Source of the DNA: Candidatus Buchananbacteria bacterium RIFCSPLOWO2_01_FULL_39_33
Lineage (GTDB): Bacteria > Patescibacteriota > Patescibacteriia > 2-01-FULL-39-33
Direction of reading: 5' to 3'
Assembly: GCA_001817505.1 (NCBI GenBank)
Contig: MHIM01000034.1
Span: 51,005 to 115,004 of the forward strand
Length of the DNA stretch: 64,000 nucleotides
Part shown: positions 1 through 8,075 of the stretch, in pieces
Layout: each line of letters opens with the position of its first letter
Position numbering within the stretch: position 1 is the first letter of the stretch
The notes under the pieces: generated by a model
Database searches by the model: none
What the model saw: the letters and a program-made list of their open reading frames with translations, nothing else
What the model was told of the DNA's origin: nothing
Program-made: the position numbers and the translations under genes

Positions 1-44
1 ATGACCTTTTAAATATTGAGAAATTCAACGCTTATGTCAGGTTA

Positions 45-263
45 TTGATTGATAACACTGCCAGTGATACACTTAATATGTCTTGTTTCCCACTGCCTGC
101 TGGCGCCAGGCCGGAAATGGTGGAAAATTTGAAGGAATTATCCCGAATCAAATACGGCCGTGATAAAATGATGATTGAAAGGGAAATTTTAGAAAGGTCC
201 AAGCTCGGACAATTGGGCCAAGCGCCCAGTAGCGAGTTAAGGGATCGCTTAATGAGGCAGTAA
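45..263 (+). CDS. Hypothetical protein. The same frame is open from base 3, so this is probably the 3' end of a gene that starts upstream of the window.
   Basis: ORF track. I saw no stop codon in frame between positions 3 and 44. No recognisable motif. Confidence 0.35.
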   Translation: MIDNTASDTLNMSCFPLPAGARPEMVENLKELSRIKYGRDKMMIEREILERSKLGQLGQAPSSELRDRLMRQ

Positions 264-283
264 TTGGTATAATATAATGAGAT

Positions 284-469
284 AGTTTTATAATGTTGCT
301 GGCCGAATACCCCCTGGCTTTTAAGCCAGGGGATGAAGGCCGGTGTGAGAAAAAATATTGTCGGCAGTAGAGACGGGGCATGCCCCGTCTCTACTAGTCA
401 TTCTGAATTTGCCCAGACCTGCCTGCCGGCAGGCAGGTACTGCGGTCTTTAGACTGCAGTCAAATTCAT
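284..469 (+). ncRNA. Copy 1 of a 186-nt highly structured repeat element, a candidate small RNA or miniature palindromic element. It contains the hairpins CCCCTGGCTT/AAGCCAGGGG, GAGACGGGGCATGCCCCGTCTC, CCTGCCTGCCGGCAGGCAGG and CTGCGGTC-TTTA-GACTGCAG.
   Basis: Near-identical second copy at 19082-19267. Four of the six differences between copies preserve base pairing, counting G-U wobbles on the + strand. Confidence 0.55.
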
Positions 470-650
470 AACTATTTCAATTAAAACTATGAAGGATAAA
501 CACCAAAAAGAATTAGAGAAAGCTTTTAAGGATTTTTTAGCCAGAGTTAACTCGGCTAAAAAAGATTATAATCGGAAGATTGATGAGATCTTAAAAAAAA
601 TTGATGAGTTGAAAATTGCTAAAGTAAAAAAGAATTTAAATATTTAATTT

Positions 651-2498
651 ATGCCTGAGCGTGCAAAAAAACCAGTTCCCGAAGCCGGCAGCCTGCCTTT
701 GGAAGATTTGCAGCAAATTAAAGATGACTTAGTTAAACAGGAGGATAAAGAGCAAGCTAATGAAACTAAATGGTCTTTAGTTGATCCAGCAGAATCGGCT
801 CAGGATTTAAAAGATAAAAAAGATGAAGATTTTCAGCAGAGTATTGATGAGCTATTCCTTCGTTTTAATGAAGATCTAAGCGAGTCAAAAACCGAAGTGG
901 CTGGCTTAGCCGCTGAAGGAGAAAAATTGGTAGATGAAGGATTAGAAGAATTAGGAAATATCCCAGAAGCCATACCTTTGGCAACTGAAGCGGCAGCAGC
1001 TAAAAACACATTATTGGGAGCGGCCGAAGAAGCGGAAGATGAATTTAATAGAATAGTCAGAGCGGCTGAAGAATACGTTCACAAGAACCAGGTTAGCCAG
1101 GCGGAACAACGGGTGGACGAGCCAGGCGTCTTGAATTTGGATCAGTTTACACAGGCAGAAAAGAAAGCTGAAGTTAAAATTACTGATGGTGGGCCAGTCA
1201 AAGAAATTCCAGTAGAAGAAGTTGATTGGGATGCTTTATTTGCGGCCAATGAACAACCTGAAAGTTCTAAAACTCCAGAGATATTGTTAGTTAAGCCAGA
1301 AATATCGACCGCTAATTTACTTGAAGGTGACACCAGCGTTAAAGTTGAAAATTCAACTGGCGGTAAAGTCAAAGAAGAAATACCTCTCTATAGCCGGGCC
1401 AATGTTAACGCTTTTAAAAAATTAGGCGCTGAAGCCAAAAAAACTTTTGTTGATTTTTATACTAGGACAATCTTAAGCAGTTCCGGAGCTAGAGAATTAA
1501 GGGGTGATCAGAAACTCATAGCCAAATCGGAAGACCGCCTCCATGGGTTAAATGGCGATTTAACGGAAGTTGATGATAAACTGGGCGAATTAAAAGACCA
1601 GTTGATGAATATTGATGAGGTGATGGGCCAGCTTGGCGATGCGGCTAAACCCAAAGAAATAAAAGCTTTAGAAAAAAGCCGCCAAATTTTACAAGGTAAA
1701 ATTAAAAAAGAAGAAGCTGCTAAAGATTTATTATCCCAAAATTTAAAAGCCGAAAAGGAAAAGCAGGCCGGCTTGCAAGAAGGCTTAAAAGAGTCTTTGG
1801 TTGGTCTGGAATTAAAGATTGATAAATCACTTGAGCCTTATAAGCAGGAAGTCGTTAAATTAGAAAGTGATCAAGCCAGTTTAGTGGAGGAAAAAAATAA
1901 TTTTGAAGCCCTAATTGATGATTTTAACGACCGTCTGAACGGCTTAAAAGAGCAATTGGTCGGCTTGGCTGAAATGGCTATGCCCAAAGCCGCCAGAAAA
2001 TCATTTAAAGCGGTTTTAAAGAGAAAAATCGGCGATGTTGAAACAGCGCTTAAAACCTCGCAAAATAATCTTGCTCGTTTGGAAAATAATATAGTCAGAA
2101 TTAATGGTCGGCTCAATAAAGAAGATATCAGGATCAATAAATGGGAAAGCATCCGTGCCGGTTTAAAAGCCAAAGCCGAAGAACAACCGGAAAAAGTCAG
2201 GCAAGAGTTAAGCGGTAGCTATATATCCAGAGACCGGACCGAGCCGATAATGGAAAAAGTTGAATCACCGGTTTTTTCAGCCAGCGCTTATATTGATAAA
2301 TGGAATTCACTTTCTAAAAATGACGGCTTAACTTTGAATAAAGAAGCGATTTTATCTTCCAGTAAAAAAGAATTAACTTTGGAACGCTTGGAAAGTTTGA
2401 TCAAAACCACTAGATTCAAGGGTTTAAGCGAACGCCAGCTGAAAAAAAGAATACAAGAGAAAATAGATTTATTAAGAGTCCATTTCGGCGTACACTAA
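651..2498 (+). CDS. Acidic, Lys/Glu-rich coiled-coil protein of 615 aa, function unknown. No TM segment or signal peptide.
   Basis: Long ORF with heptad-like charged repeats. No catalytic motifs recognised. Confidence 0.6.
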   Translation: MPERAKKPVPEAGSLPLEDLQQIKDDLVKQEDKEQANETKWSLVDPAESAQDLKDKKDEDFQQSIDELFLRFNEDLSESKTEVAGLAAEGEKLVDEGLEELGNIPEAIPLATEAAAAKNTLLGAAEEAEDEFNRIVRAAEEYVHKNQVSQAEQRVDEPGVLNLDQFTQAEKKAEVKITDGGPVKEIPVEEVDWDALFAANEQPESSKTPEILLVKPEISTANLLEGDTSVKVENSTGGKVKEEIPLYSRANVNAFKKLGAEAKKTFVDFYTRTILSSSGARELRGDQKLIAKSEDRLHGLNGDLTEVDDKLGELKDQLMNIDEVMGQLGDAAKPKEIKALEKSRQILQGKIKKEEAAKDLLSQNLKAEKEKQAGLQEGLKESLVGLELKIDKSLEPYKQEVVKLESDQASLVEEKNNFEALIDDFNDRLNGLKEQLVGLAEMAMPKAARKSFKAVLKRKIGDVETALKTSQNNLARLENNIVRINGRLNKEDIRINKWESIRAGLKAKAEEQPEKVRQELSGSYISRDRTEPIMEKVESPVFSASAYIDKWNSLSKNDGLTLNKEAILSSSKKELTLERLESLIKTTRFKGLSERQLKKRIQEKIDLLRVHFGVH

Positions 2499-2539
2499 AG
2501 TTTACTTTATAAACTTTTAACTTTATAAACTAAATCTAT

Positions 2540-2770
2540 ATGAATAATCCAATTGATCCCAAAGACATTATAGACCAAACTGACGATTTGCTCTCTGATA
2601 TTAACCAGGCCAATCTTAAATTTGTTGACAAAACCAATCAATTAGTCAGTTCCGTAAACCAGAGCTTAAAGAAAGTTGATAAGTTTAATGCTGAACTGGA
2701 AAAAGAAGAGCAAAAATCCTTGGCCAAGATCAATAGCCAAACACTCAATTACCTAGCGAAAAGCCAATAA
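2540..2770 (+). CDS. Small hypothetical protein of 76 aa, predicted coiled coil.
   Basis: ORF track only. Confidence 0.35.
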   Translation: MNNPIDPKDIIDQTDDLLSDINQANLKFVDKTNQLVSSVNQSLKKVDKFNAELEKEEQKSLAKINSQTLNYLAKSQ

Positions 2771-2917
2771 AATCAAAGTAAAAGGTGCTTAAAATGAGTG
2801 AAATTAACCGTCTATATTTAGAAAACTGGGCGGTTTTTTTTTCCTTGCCGATAAGCCCCCATTGATTTATAATATAAGGTAAGGGGGCTATTTTAATCCA
2901 GCCGCTTTTAAGTTTTT

Positions 2918-4672
2918 ATGTCCACTCTTTATAGAAAATACCGGCCACAGATTTTTGCTGACGTCATTGGCCAAAATCACGTCAAAATTATTTTACAACA
3001 TGAAATTGAGCAGGGTAAAATTGGCCACGCTTATCTTTTTTGTGGCCCCAGGGGACTGGGCAAAACAACGCTGGCTCGGCTTTTTGCCAAAGCGGCCAAT
3101 TGCGAAAATAGAAAAGCCGGCGAAAGTGAACCCTGCAATAAATGTCAATCTTGTAATGGTATTACCGCTAATAATTCAATTGATATTATTGAAATTGACG
3201 CCGCTTCCCATACTGGCGTTGATAATGTCCGGGAAAATATCATTGACAACGCCAGGTTCACGCCCACTATCAGCCAATATAAAGTTTTTATCATTGATGA
3301 AGTGCATATGCTGTCCATCTCGGCTTTCAATGCCCTGTTGAAAACTTTGGAAGAACCGCCGGCGCATGCCATTTTCATTTTATGCACTACCGAAACGCAT
3401 AAACTGCCCCAGACGATAATCTCACGCTGCCAGCGGTTTGATTTAAAAAGAGTGTCGGCCAAAGAATTGAAAAATAGATTAGAAAAAATCGCTAAAGCCG
3501 AAGGTAAAAAAATAGACGGGCCGGTTTTAGACAATATTATCAGGCATTCCGAGGGCTGCGTCCGCGATGCTGAAAGCTTATTAGGCAAGATTTTTACTTT
3601 AGGCGAAACGATAACCAGCGAACAGGCGGAAATCATTTTGCCTCGATCCGATTTTAATAAAATCGCTTCCTTTTTGGGTTTTATTGCGGAAAACAATTCA
3701 ACTGCTGCCATTGAACTGGTCAATAATTTAATTGAGGACGGTATAGATATGCAGGTTTTTGTGGAAGATCTCTTGGAATTTTTAAGGAAGATAATGCTGA
3801 TCAAAGTCAATGGCAATCTTAGCGATTTTGGCATAGAATTGGATGAAGAATCGCAAAAATCAGCCCAAGAACTAGCCCAAAGGTTTGATTACCGCAAGCT
3901 GATGGCCACTATTGATTTGTTTATGATCAAACGCCAGGCCATCAAATCGGCGCTAATTCAGCAGTTTCCCTTGGAAATGGCGGTTATAGAACTGACTGAA
4001 GAAATTTCTCCTGCCAAAGATTATGACGGTGATGATAGCGAACCAGGCAGTAAGCTGGAAGGTATTGATCTTTCCAGAACTCAAAGGGTTAAAGAAAAAA
4101 TCAAAGATAAATTGTCGCATTTGAACCCGATCAAGCCTAGAAGCACTGAAATATCGCTGGCCAATATTGATTTGAAAAAAGAGGACGCTGATGGGATTAA
4201 AATTGATATGATTTCTTCAAGTGGCAAATTAGGCGAGGAAAAATCAGTTAATTTCAGCAAAGTTAAGGAGAATTGGAAGGAAATCGTGGTTAAATTATTA
4301 GAAGAAAATTATACCATAGCCTCGCTTTTAAGAATCAGCGAACCTTTAAGATGCGATGGCAATGTCTTGGAAATAGCCGTCAAAAATAATTTTTATTACC
4401 AGCGGATCGTTGACCGCTCTAATCGCTTGCTAATAGAGAAAATCATATCCGACGTGCTCAAATTAGAAGTTAAAATCAGACCGATTGTCAAAGATAATGT
4501 TGTGCCTCTGCCGGTGGAAATTGATTATCCGGTGGCTGCCAGTGATGAATCTCAAGTCCTATCACCGGTAACAACAGTAACCGAACCATCAACCGTGAAA
4601 ATAAAAAATTTGGAAAAAGTTTCTTTAGACAAGCCGGCTGATGCCGCCCAGGATGTAATTAGTATGTTTTGA
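2918..4672 (+). CDS. dnaX: DNA polymerase III subunit gamma/tau.
   Basis: N-terminus YRPQxFxDVIGQ...GHAYLFCGPRGLGKTT (Walker A) and the zinc module CxxCxxC (CNKCQSCNG). AAA+ clamp-loader hallmarks. Confidence 0.9.
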   Translation: MSTLYRKYRPQIFADVIGQNHVKIILQHEIEQGKIGHAYLFCGPRGLGKTTLARLFAKAANCENRKAGESEPCNKCQSCNGITANNSIDIIEIDAASHTGVDNVRENIIDNARFTPTISQYKVFIIDEVHMLSISAFNALLKTLEEPPAHAIFILCTTETHKLPQTIISRCQRFDLKRVSAKELKNRLEKIAKAEGKKIDGPVLDNIIRHSEGCVRDAESLLGKIFTLGETITSEQAEIILPRSDFNKIASFLGFIAENNSTAAIELVNNLIEDGIDMQVFVEDLLEFLRKIMLIKVNGNLSDFGIELDEESQKSAQELAQRFDYRKLMATIDLFMIKRQAIKSALIQQFPLEMAVIELTEEISPAKDYDGDDSEPGSKLEGIDLSRTQRVKEKIKDKLSHLNPIKPRSTEISLANIDLKKEDADGIKIDMISSSGKLGEEKSVNFSKVKENWKEIVVKLLEENYTIASLLRISEPLRCDGNVLEIAVKNNFYYQRIVDRSNRLLIEKIISDVLKLEVKIRPIVKDNVVPLPVEIDYPVAASDESQVLSPVTTVTEPSTVKIKNLEKVSLDKPADAAQDVISMF

Positions 4673-4698
4673 TTGTTTCGCTTCATTAGCTAATGAAA

Positions 4699-4728
4699 AA
4701 AATCGTAGAGCTATCTACGATTTTTTAG
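4699..4728. terminator. Bidirectional intrinsic terminator, the palindrome AAAAAATCGTAGAGCTATCTACGATTTTTT, between the convergent genes dnaX (+) and the 98-aa ORF (-).
   Basis: Perfect hairpin flanked by an A-run and a T-run. Confidence 0.6.
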
Positions 4729-5021
4729 ATGTTTTTCCGCCGTTGACTTTCCGGATATTCTTCATCAGGGATTGTTTTTAATTCTTTGGGCAAACCAGTT
4801 TTACCGAAGATGCCTTTTTGTTTTTCCAGCGAAACAATAACCGATTCAAGAGCTTTAATTTGCCTGATTGTTTGGTTGCAAAGTTCTGCCAGTACCGTTA
4901 CCAATTCGTCATCTAAAGCTTTATTTTCTTGTAAAATAGTGGTTAATAGGCGTAATTCCGATCTTTTAGTGTCTAAAATTTTCTGAGTCATCTTTAAACT
5001 TAACACCAGATCGCTTTCCAT
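4725..5021 (-). CDS. Hypothetical 98-aa protein.
   Basis: The ORF converges on the bidirectional terminator, and a promoter-like AT-rich region lies upstream at 5022-5200. Confidence 0.4.
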   Translation of the reverse strand: MESDLVLSLKMTQKILDTKRSELRLLTTILQENKALDDELVTVLAELCNQTIRQIKALESVIVSLEKQKGIFGKTGLPKELKTIPDEEYPESQRRKNI

Positions 5022-5209
5022 GGTCTCACTCCTGGTTGAAATGTTCTATAATTATTTTATACTTGTTATGATTAATTTTCAAGATTACCATAATTTCTTG
5101 ATAATTTAGGGTTTTTATGATATTATTCTTTAAGCTTTAAGCGATTTTAATATTTTTCTCTTCTTAATGAAATGGAGACCCGTTTTGACTAAAGTTACGG
5201 CGGACATGG

Positions 5210-5280
5210 TCGGGGGTCGTCTAATGGTAGGACACTTGGTTCTGGTCCAAGGTATCGGGGTTCGAATCCCTGCCCCCGAG
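5210..5280 (+). tRNA. tRNA-Gln, anticodon CTG. CCA is not encoded.
   Basis: Acceptor TCGGGGG/CCCCCGA (U1-A72, as in bacterial tRNA-Gln). Anticodon stem-loop CTTGG-TTCTGGT-CCAAG. T-arm CGGGG-TTCGAAT-CCCTG. Discriminator G. Confidence 0.8.
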
Positions 5281-5287
5281 TTAGTAC

Positions 5288-5320
5288 AAAAAAGAGACTG
5301 CTTTCGCAGTCTCTTTTTTG
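5288..5320 (+). terminator. Intrinsic terminator after tRNA-Gln: AAAAAAGAGACTGC-TTTC-GCAGTCTCTTTTTT.
   Basis: 10-bp stem followed by a T-run. Confidence 0.65.
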
Positions 5321-5335
5321 TACTATTTCAGAAGT

Positions 5336-5499
5336 AGGCAGGGATTCAAACGGGACAGAAATGAAACCAGCTTTACCGCGGAAGCGGTAAAGAGCAGTTG
5401 AATGTCGCCAGAGTGCCACTGGCACTCTGGCGCTGTCCCAGGACAGAATAATTTGTCGCATTCTGGCGACAAATTATGCCGTAAATCCCTGCCCCCGAG
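5336..5499 (+). other. Structured non-coding segment. It holds an inverted (5338-5352) and a direct (5484-5499) copy of the tRNA-Gln T-arm/acceptor 3' end, AATCCCTGCCCCCGAG. Enclosed are a long-range stem GGGACAG/CTGTCCC, a GNRA-capped hairpin TACCGC-GGAA-GCGGTA and the palindrome GCCAGAGTGCCACTGGCACTCTGGC.
   Basis: 16-nt direct repeat of the tRNA 3' end 204 bp downstream of the tRNA, plus nested hairpins seen in the sequence. Confidence 0.4.
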
Positions 5500-5582
5500 C
5501 CAAATTGTATGTTGCGAGTTTTTTATCGGGAGCCCCAACCCGCCACCTTATCAATCAAGCGGTTTTTTGGTAGAATTAAGAT

Positions 5583-6593
5583 ATGCCAAGAAAAATTTTC
5601 ATTATTTTAATATGTTTAATTAGCTTGGGCGCAGTTGGCGGAGCATACTGGTATCAAAAAGAAAAAACAAAATGGGTTGCTATGTTGACGCCAACACCAA
5701 TCAATACATTATCACAAGTGCCCATTAGAGGCGTGCCCAAAACAAGCGCTTCCGCGATTACCTCACCGCCATCTAGTATGGAAGGTATCAATACTCACAC
5801 AGAAGTATTCGGCACAGACTCTGACCCTAAAATGATTACACTTGGCCCTAAACTTGGCAGTCATCCGGAACTTCCAGCATATGATACCCACCATGGCTTG
5901 GTTTTTGAACTAAAAATTCACGGAACACCCGTACTTGCACCTATTGATATGGCCCTGGTGGGCTTTCAAAATAATAGTAGTTATCGGACAGACGGGCAAA
6001 ATATTACACCAATGGATGATTTGGTATTGTTTTTTGAATCTACCAGTCCTGATTGGCCGGGAATGATTATTTTTGTTTATCATTTATCTAGCTCCCCACT
6101 ATTGCTTGAGCAAAATATAAATCCGGTTTGTAGTGCAGTTAAGGAGCCTCGAGGAGAAAATATCCAGGCTTTGGGGCATCTTTACATGGGTATGAGGGAT
6201 TACGTTCCCGACGACAAAAATAACGCGAGCGCTTGCAAAGCTCTAATTGGATACAAGGTAAAACGAGGGGAATTAATTGGATTTGCCGGTACTGTGCCGA
6301 ACTCAAATGGTATTGGCACTCATTCTTTTGTTGATATTGGATTCAAAGTATCGGACATATCAGAAAATCCGTTCTTTGGTCTCAAGGGATCAGACGTTTC
6401 AGGAGAACGACAAGATAAAACAGGAAATCGCTACCTGCATTGGGTTCAGCCTAGCTCATTCTTTTATTGGAAAAGTTATAGCCCTGATGCGAATTTCCCC
6501 AGTGGGGTGCTGGCTTATCCTTTTGAAATTGACGGTTATCAGCTTCCCGCCGAACAGCGCAATATAAATTATAAATATACTTCGAAAAAATAA
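5583..6593 (+). CDS. Secreted or membrane-anchored hypothetical protein of 336 aa with an N-terminal TM segment. A distant M23-peptidase-like motif is possible.
   Basis: N-terminal hydrophobic segment MPRKIFIILICLISLGAVGG. The stretch HGTPVLAPIDMALVG weakly resembles the M23 GTPVxA motif. Confidence 0.5.
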   Translation: MPRKIFIILICLISLGAVGGAYWYQKEKTKWVAMLTPTPINTLSQVPIRGVPKTSASAITSPPSSMEGINTHTEVFGTDSDPKMITLGPKLGSHPELPAYDTHHGLVFELKIHGTPVLAPIDMALVGFQNNSSYRTDGQNITPMDDLVLFFESTSPDWPGMIIFVYHLSSSPLLLEQNINPVCSAVKEPRGENIQALGHLYMGMRDYVPDDKNNASACKALIGYKVKRGELIGFAGTVPNSNGIGTHSFVDIGFKVSDISENPFFGLKGSDVSGERQDKTGNRYLHWVQPSSFFYWKSYSPDANFPSGVLAYPFEIDGYQLPAEQRNINYKYTSKK

Positions 6594-6780
6594 AAGGCGG
6601 CACGCTAGCTTCGCTGGCACGAAATTCGGCGGCGGAAAAGCGAGGGCGGGCAAAAATTCCTTCCCCCCAACCCCCTTCCTTTTTGCCCGCCTCCTCCAAA
6701 GACGGACAGGCGATCTTAAAGTTTTTCAAAATTCAGCGTTCGGATTTTCGCTAAAAAAAGTTCGGATTTCGTTCAGCGTT

Positions 6781-6827
6781 CGGAGCAAACAAAAACACTC
6801 CCCTTTGGGAGTGTTTTTGTTTGCTCC
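6781..6827. terminator. Perfect 21-bp-stem hairpin GGAGCAAACAAAAACACTCCC-CTTT-GGGAGTGTTTTTGTTTGCTCC.
   Basis: Seen in the sequence. It lies immediately 3' of the tRNA-like fragment on the minus strand. Confidence 0.5.
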
Positions 6828-6852
6828 TGGTGTAAGGTTGGGATTCGAACCG
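6828..6852 (-). pseudogene. tRNA 3'-end remnant: GGTTCGAATCCCAACCTTACACCA read on the minus strand. No foldable 5' half was found.
   Basis: T-loop TTCGAAT and a CCA-like end are present, but the T-stem does not pair and no acceptor partner exists upstream. Confidence 0.3.
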
Positions 6853-7257
6853 ACAGAAGCGAGTTATGAGCAAAATTGAAAGGCCTAAAAAGTTATCCAC
6901 TTAAATGGATTTGTAAAATTATTGAATGATGGTAAAATGAGCGTGGTTAGGAGGCGAATATTTTAATAGATATAGTTAATTAGATCATAGAAATTATGAC
7001 CTTAATGGTTTTATTTCGTCATTTCAACCCCTTATTGCTGATAAATAATCATTTTTGTGTTTTATAATCTCTGAGTTTTTAACTCAGATTTTTTTATTTT
7101 AATGCAAATAATTTATATATTTTAGTTTTAAATTAATTAAAACGGTTTCTAACAGGTCGAATTGCCACCAGGCAGTTTTAACCGTCATAATTTAGAACTG
7201 ACAAATTAAACCTTTAAGGTTAAAACTAAGGAGGAGTTTAAGAAATAAATAAAAACA

Positions 7258-8052
7258 ATGAAGAAAGTTTTAATTAGTTTGAGCGCAATTGTTCTCGTGG
7301 CTGCGGTAGCCATCGGCGCGACTGTCGCTTTTTTTAGCGACACTGAAACATCAACTGGCAATACTTTTACTGCCGGCGCGATTGATTTGACAGTGGACAG
7401 CCAGCAACATTATAACGGACATGAATGTGTGCCAAATCTTGATACCGCCACCTCAGAAAATATGCCTTATGTTTGGGGACCGGGCAGAAATCCTTACCCG
7501 GTAACAGGCACAGCTTGCGGCGGTACTTGGAGACTTAAAGATTTAGTTCCCACTTTTGATAAATTCTTTAATTTTGGCGATATCAAACCAGGTGATGAAG
7601 GAGAAAATACTATCAGCTTGCATGTGATAAACAATGATGCTTGGGTTTGCGCCGAGGTCTCTAATTTATCCAGCGATGATAATGGTTTAAATGAACCCGA
7701 GGCCTTAGTTGATGAATCTGACGGAGTAGGCAATGGCGAATTAGACGACACTATGCTTTGGACCATTTGGAGAGACGATGGAGATAATATTCGTCAGGAA
7801 AACGAACCGATATTAGCTTCTGGTCATCCGGTCAATGGTGTTTTGCCAATTTATGATTCAACTACTACGGGAACTCCATTACCAGGCGGTTCTATGACTT
7901 TTCTTGGCGTTTCTTGGACTCTGCCAGCTGAATCTGGCAATGAAACGCAAACCGACAGTTTAACTGGTGATATTTCTTTCCGGGTTGAGCAAGCCAGAAA
8001 TAATGAAAATTTCAGATGTGTCCCCGTACAAGAACCAACAGGAGATATTTAA
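7258..8052 (+). CDS. TasA/camelysin-family secreted protein with a SipW-cognate class signal peptide.
   Basis: N-terminus MKKVLISLSAIVLVAAVAIGATVAFFSDTETSTGNTFTAGAIDL fits the AxFxDxExS..NxFxAGxLDL pattern. A FNFGDIKPGDEG motif resembles the TasA NLKPGD region. RBS AAGGAGG upstream. Confidence 0.7.
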   Translation: MKKVLISLSAIVLVAAVAIGATVAFFSDTETSTGNTFTAGAIDLTVDSQQHYNGHECVPNLDTATSENMPYVWGPGRNPYPVTGTACGGTWRLKDLVPTFDKFFNFGDIKPGDEGENTISLHVINNDAWVCAEVSNLSSDDNGLNEPEALVDESDGVGNGELDDTMLWTIWRDDGDNIRQENEPILASGHPVNGVLPIYDSTTTGTPLPGGSMTFLGVSWTLPAESGNETQTDSLTGDISFRVEQARNNENFRCVPVQEPTGDI

Positions 8053-8075
8053 TCCACAATAATCATTAGACCTAT

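Noticed and set aside
3145-3834. Minus-strand ORFs inside dnaX (3145-3834, 3176-3367) and the + strand alternative-frame ORF 2955-3341.
   Set aside because: They are embedded in a strongly supported dnaX reading frame. No independent evidence supports them.
5336-5499. Possible c-di-GMP (GEMM) or other known riboswitch upstream of the 5583 gene.
   Set aside because: A GNRA tetraloop is present, but the conserved GEMM blocks (GGCAAACC / GACGCAAAGC) are absent. No known riboswitch consensus was recognised.
5195-5623. ORFs 5195-5461 -, 5323-5538 - and 5402-5623 + over the tRNA-Gln region.
   Set aside because: They overlap a tRNA, its terminator and a hairpin-rich repeat segment. They are palindrome artefacts.
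6828-6910. A full tRNA gene on the minus strand (TGGTG...GGGATTCGAACC on the + strand).
   Set aside because: The T-stem cannot pair (GTCGG versus CCCAA), and no 5' acceptor or D/anticodon arms could be folded from the upstream sequence. Kept only as a 3' relic.
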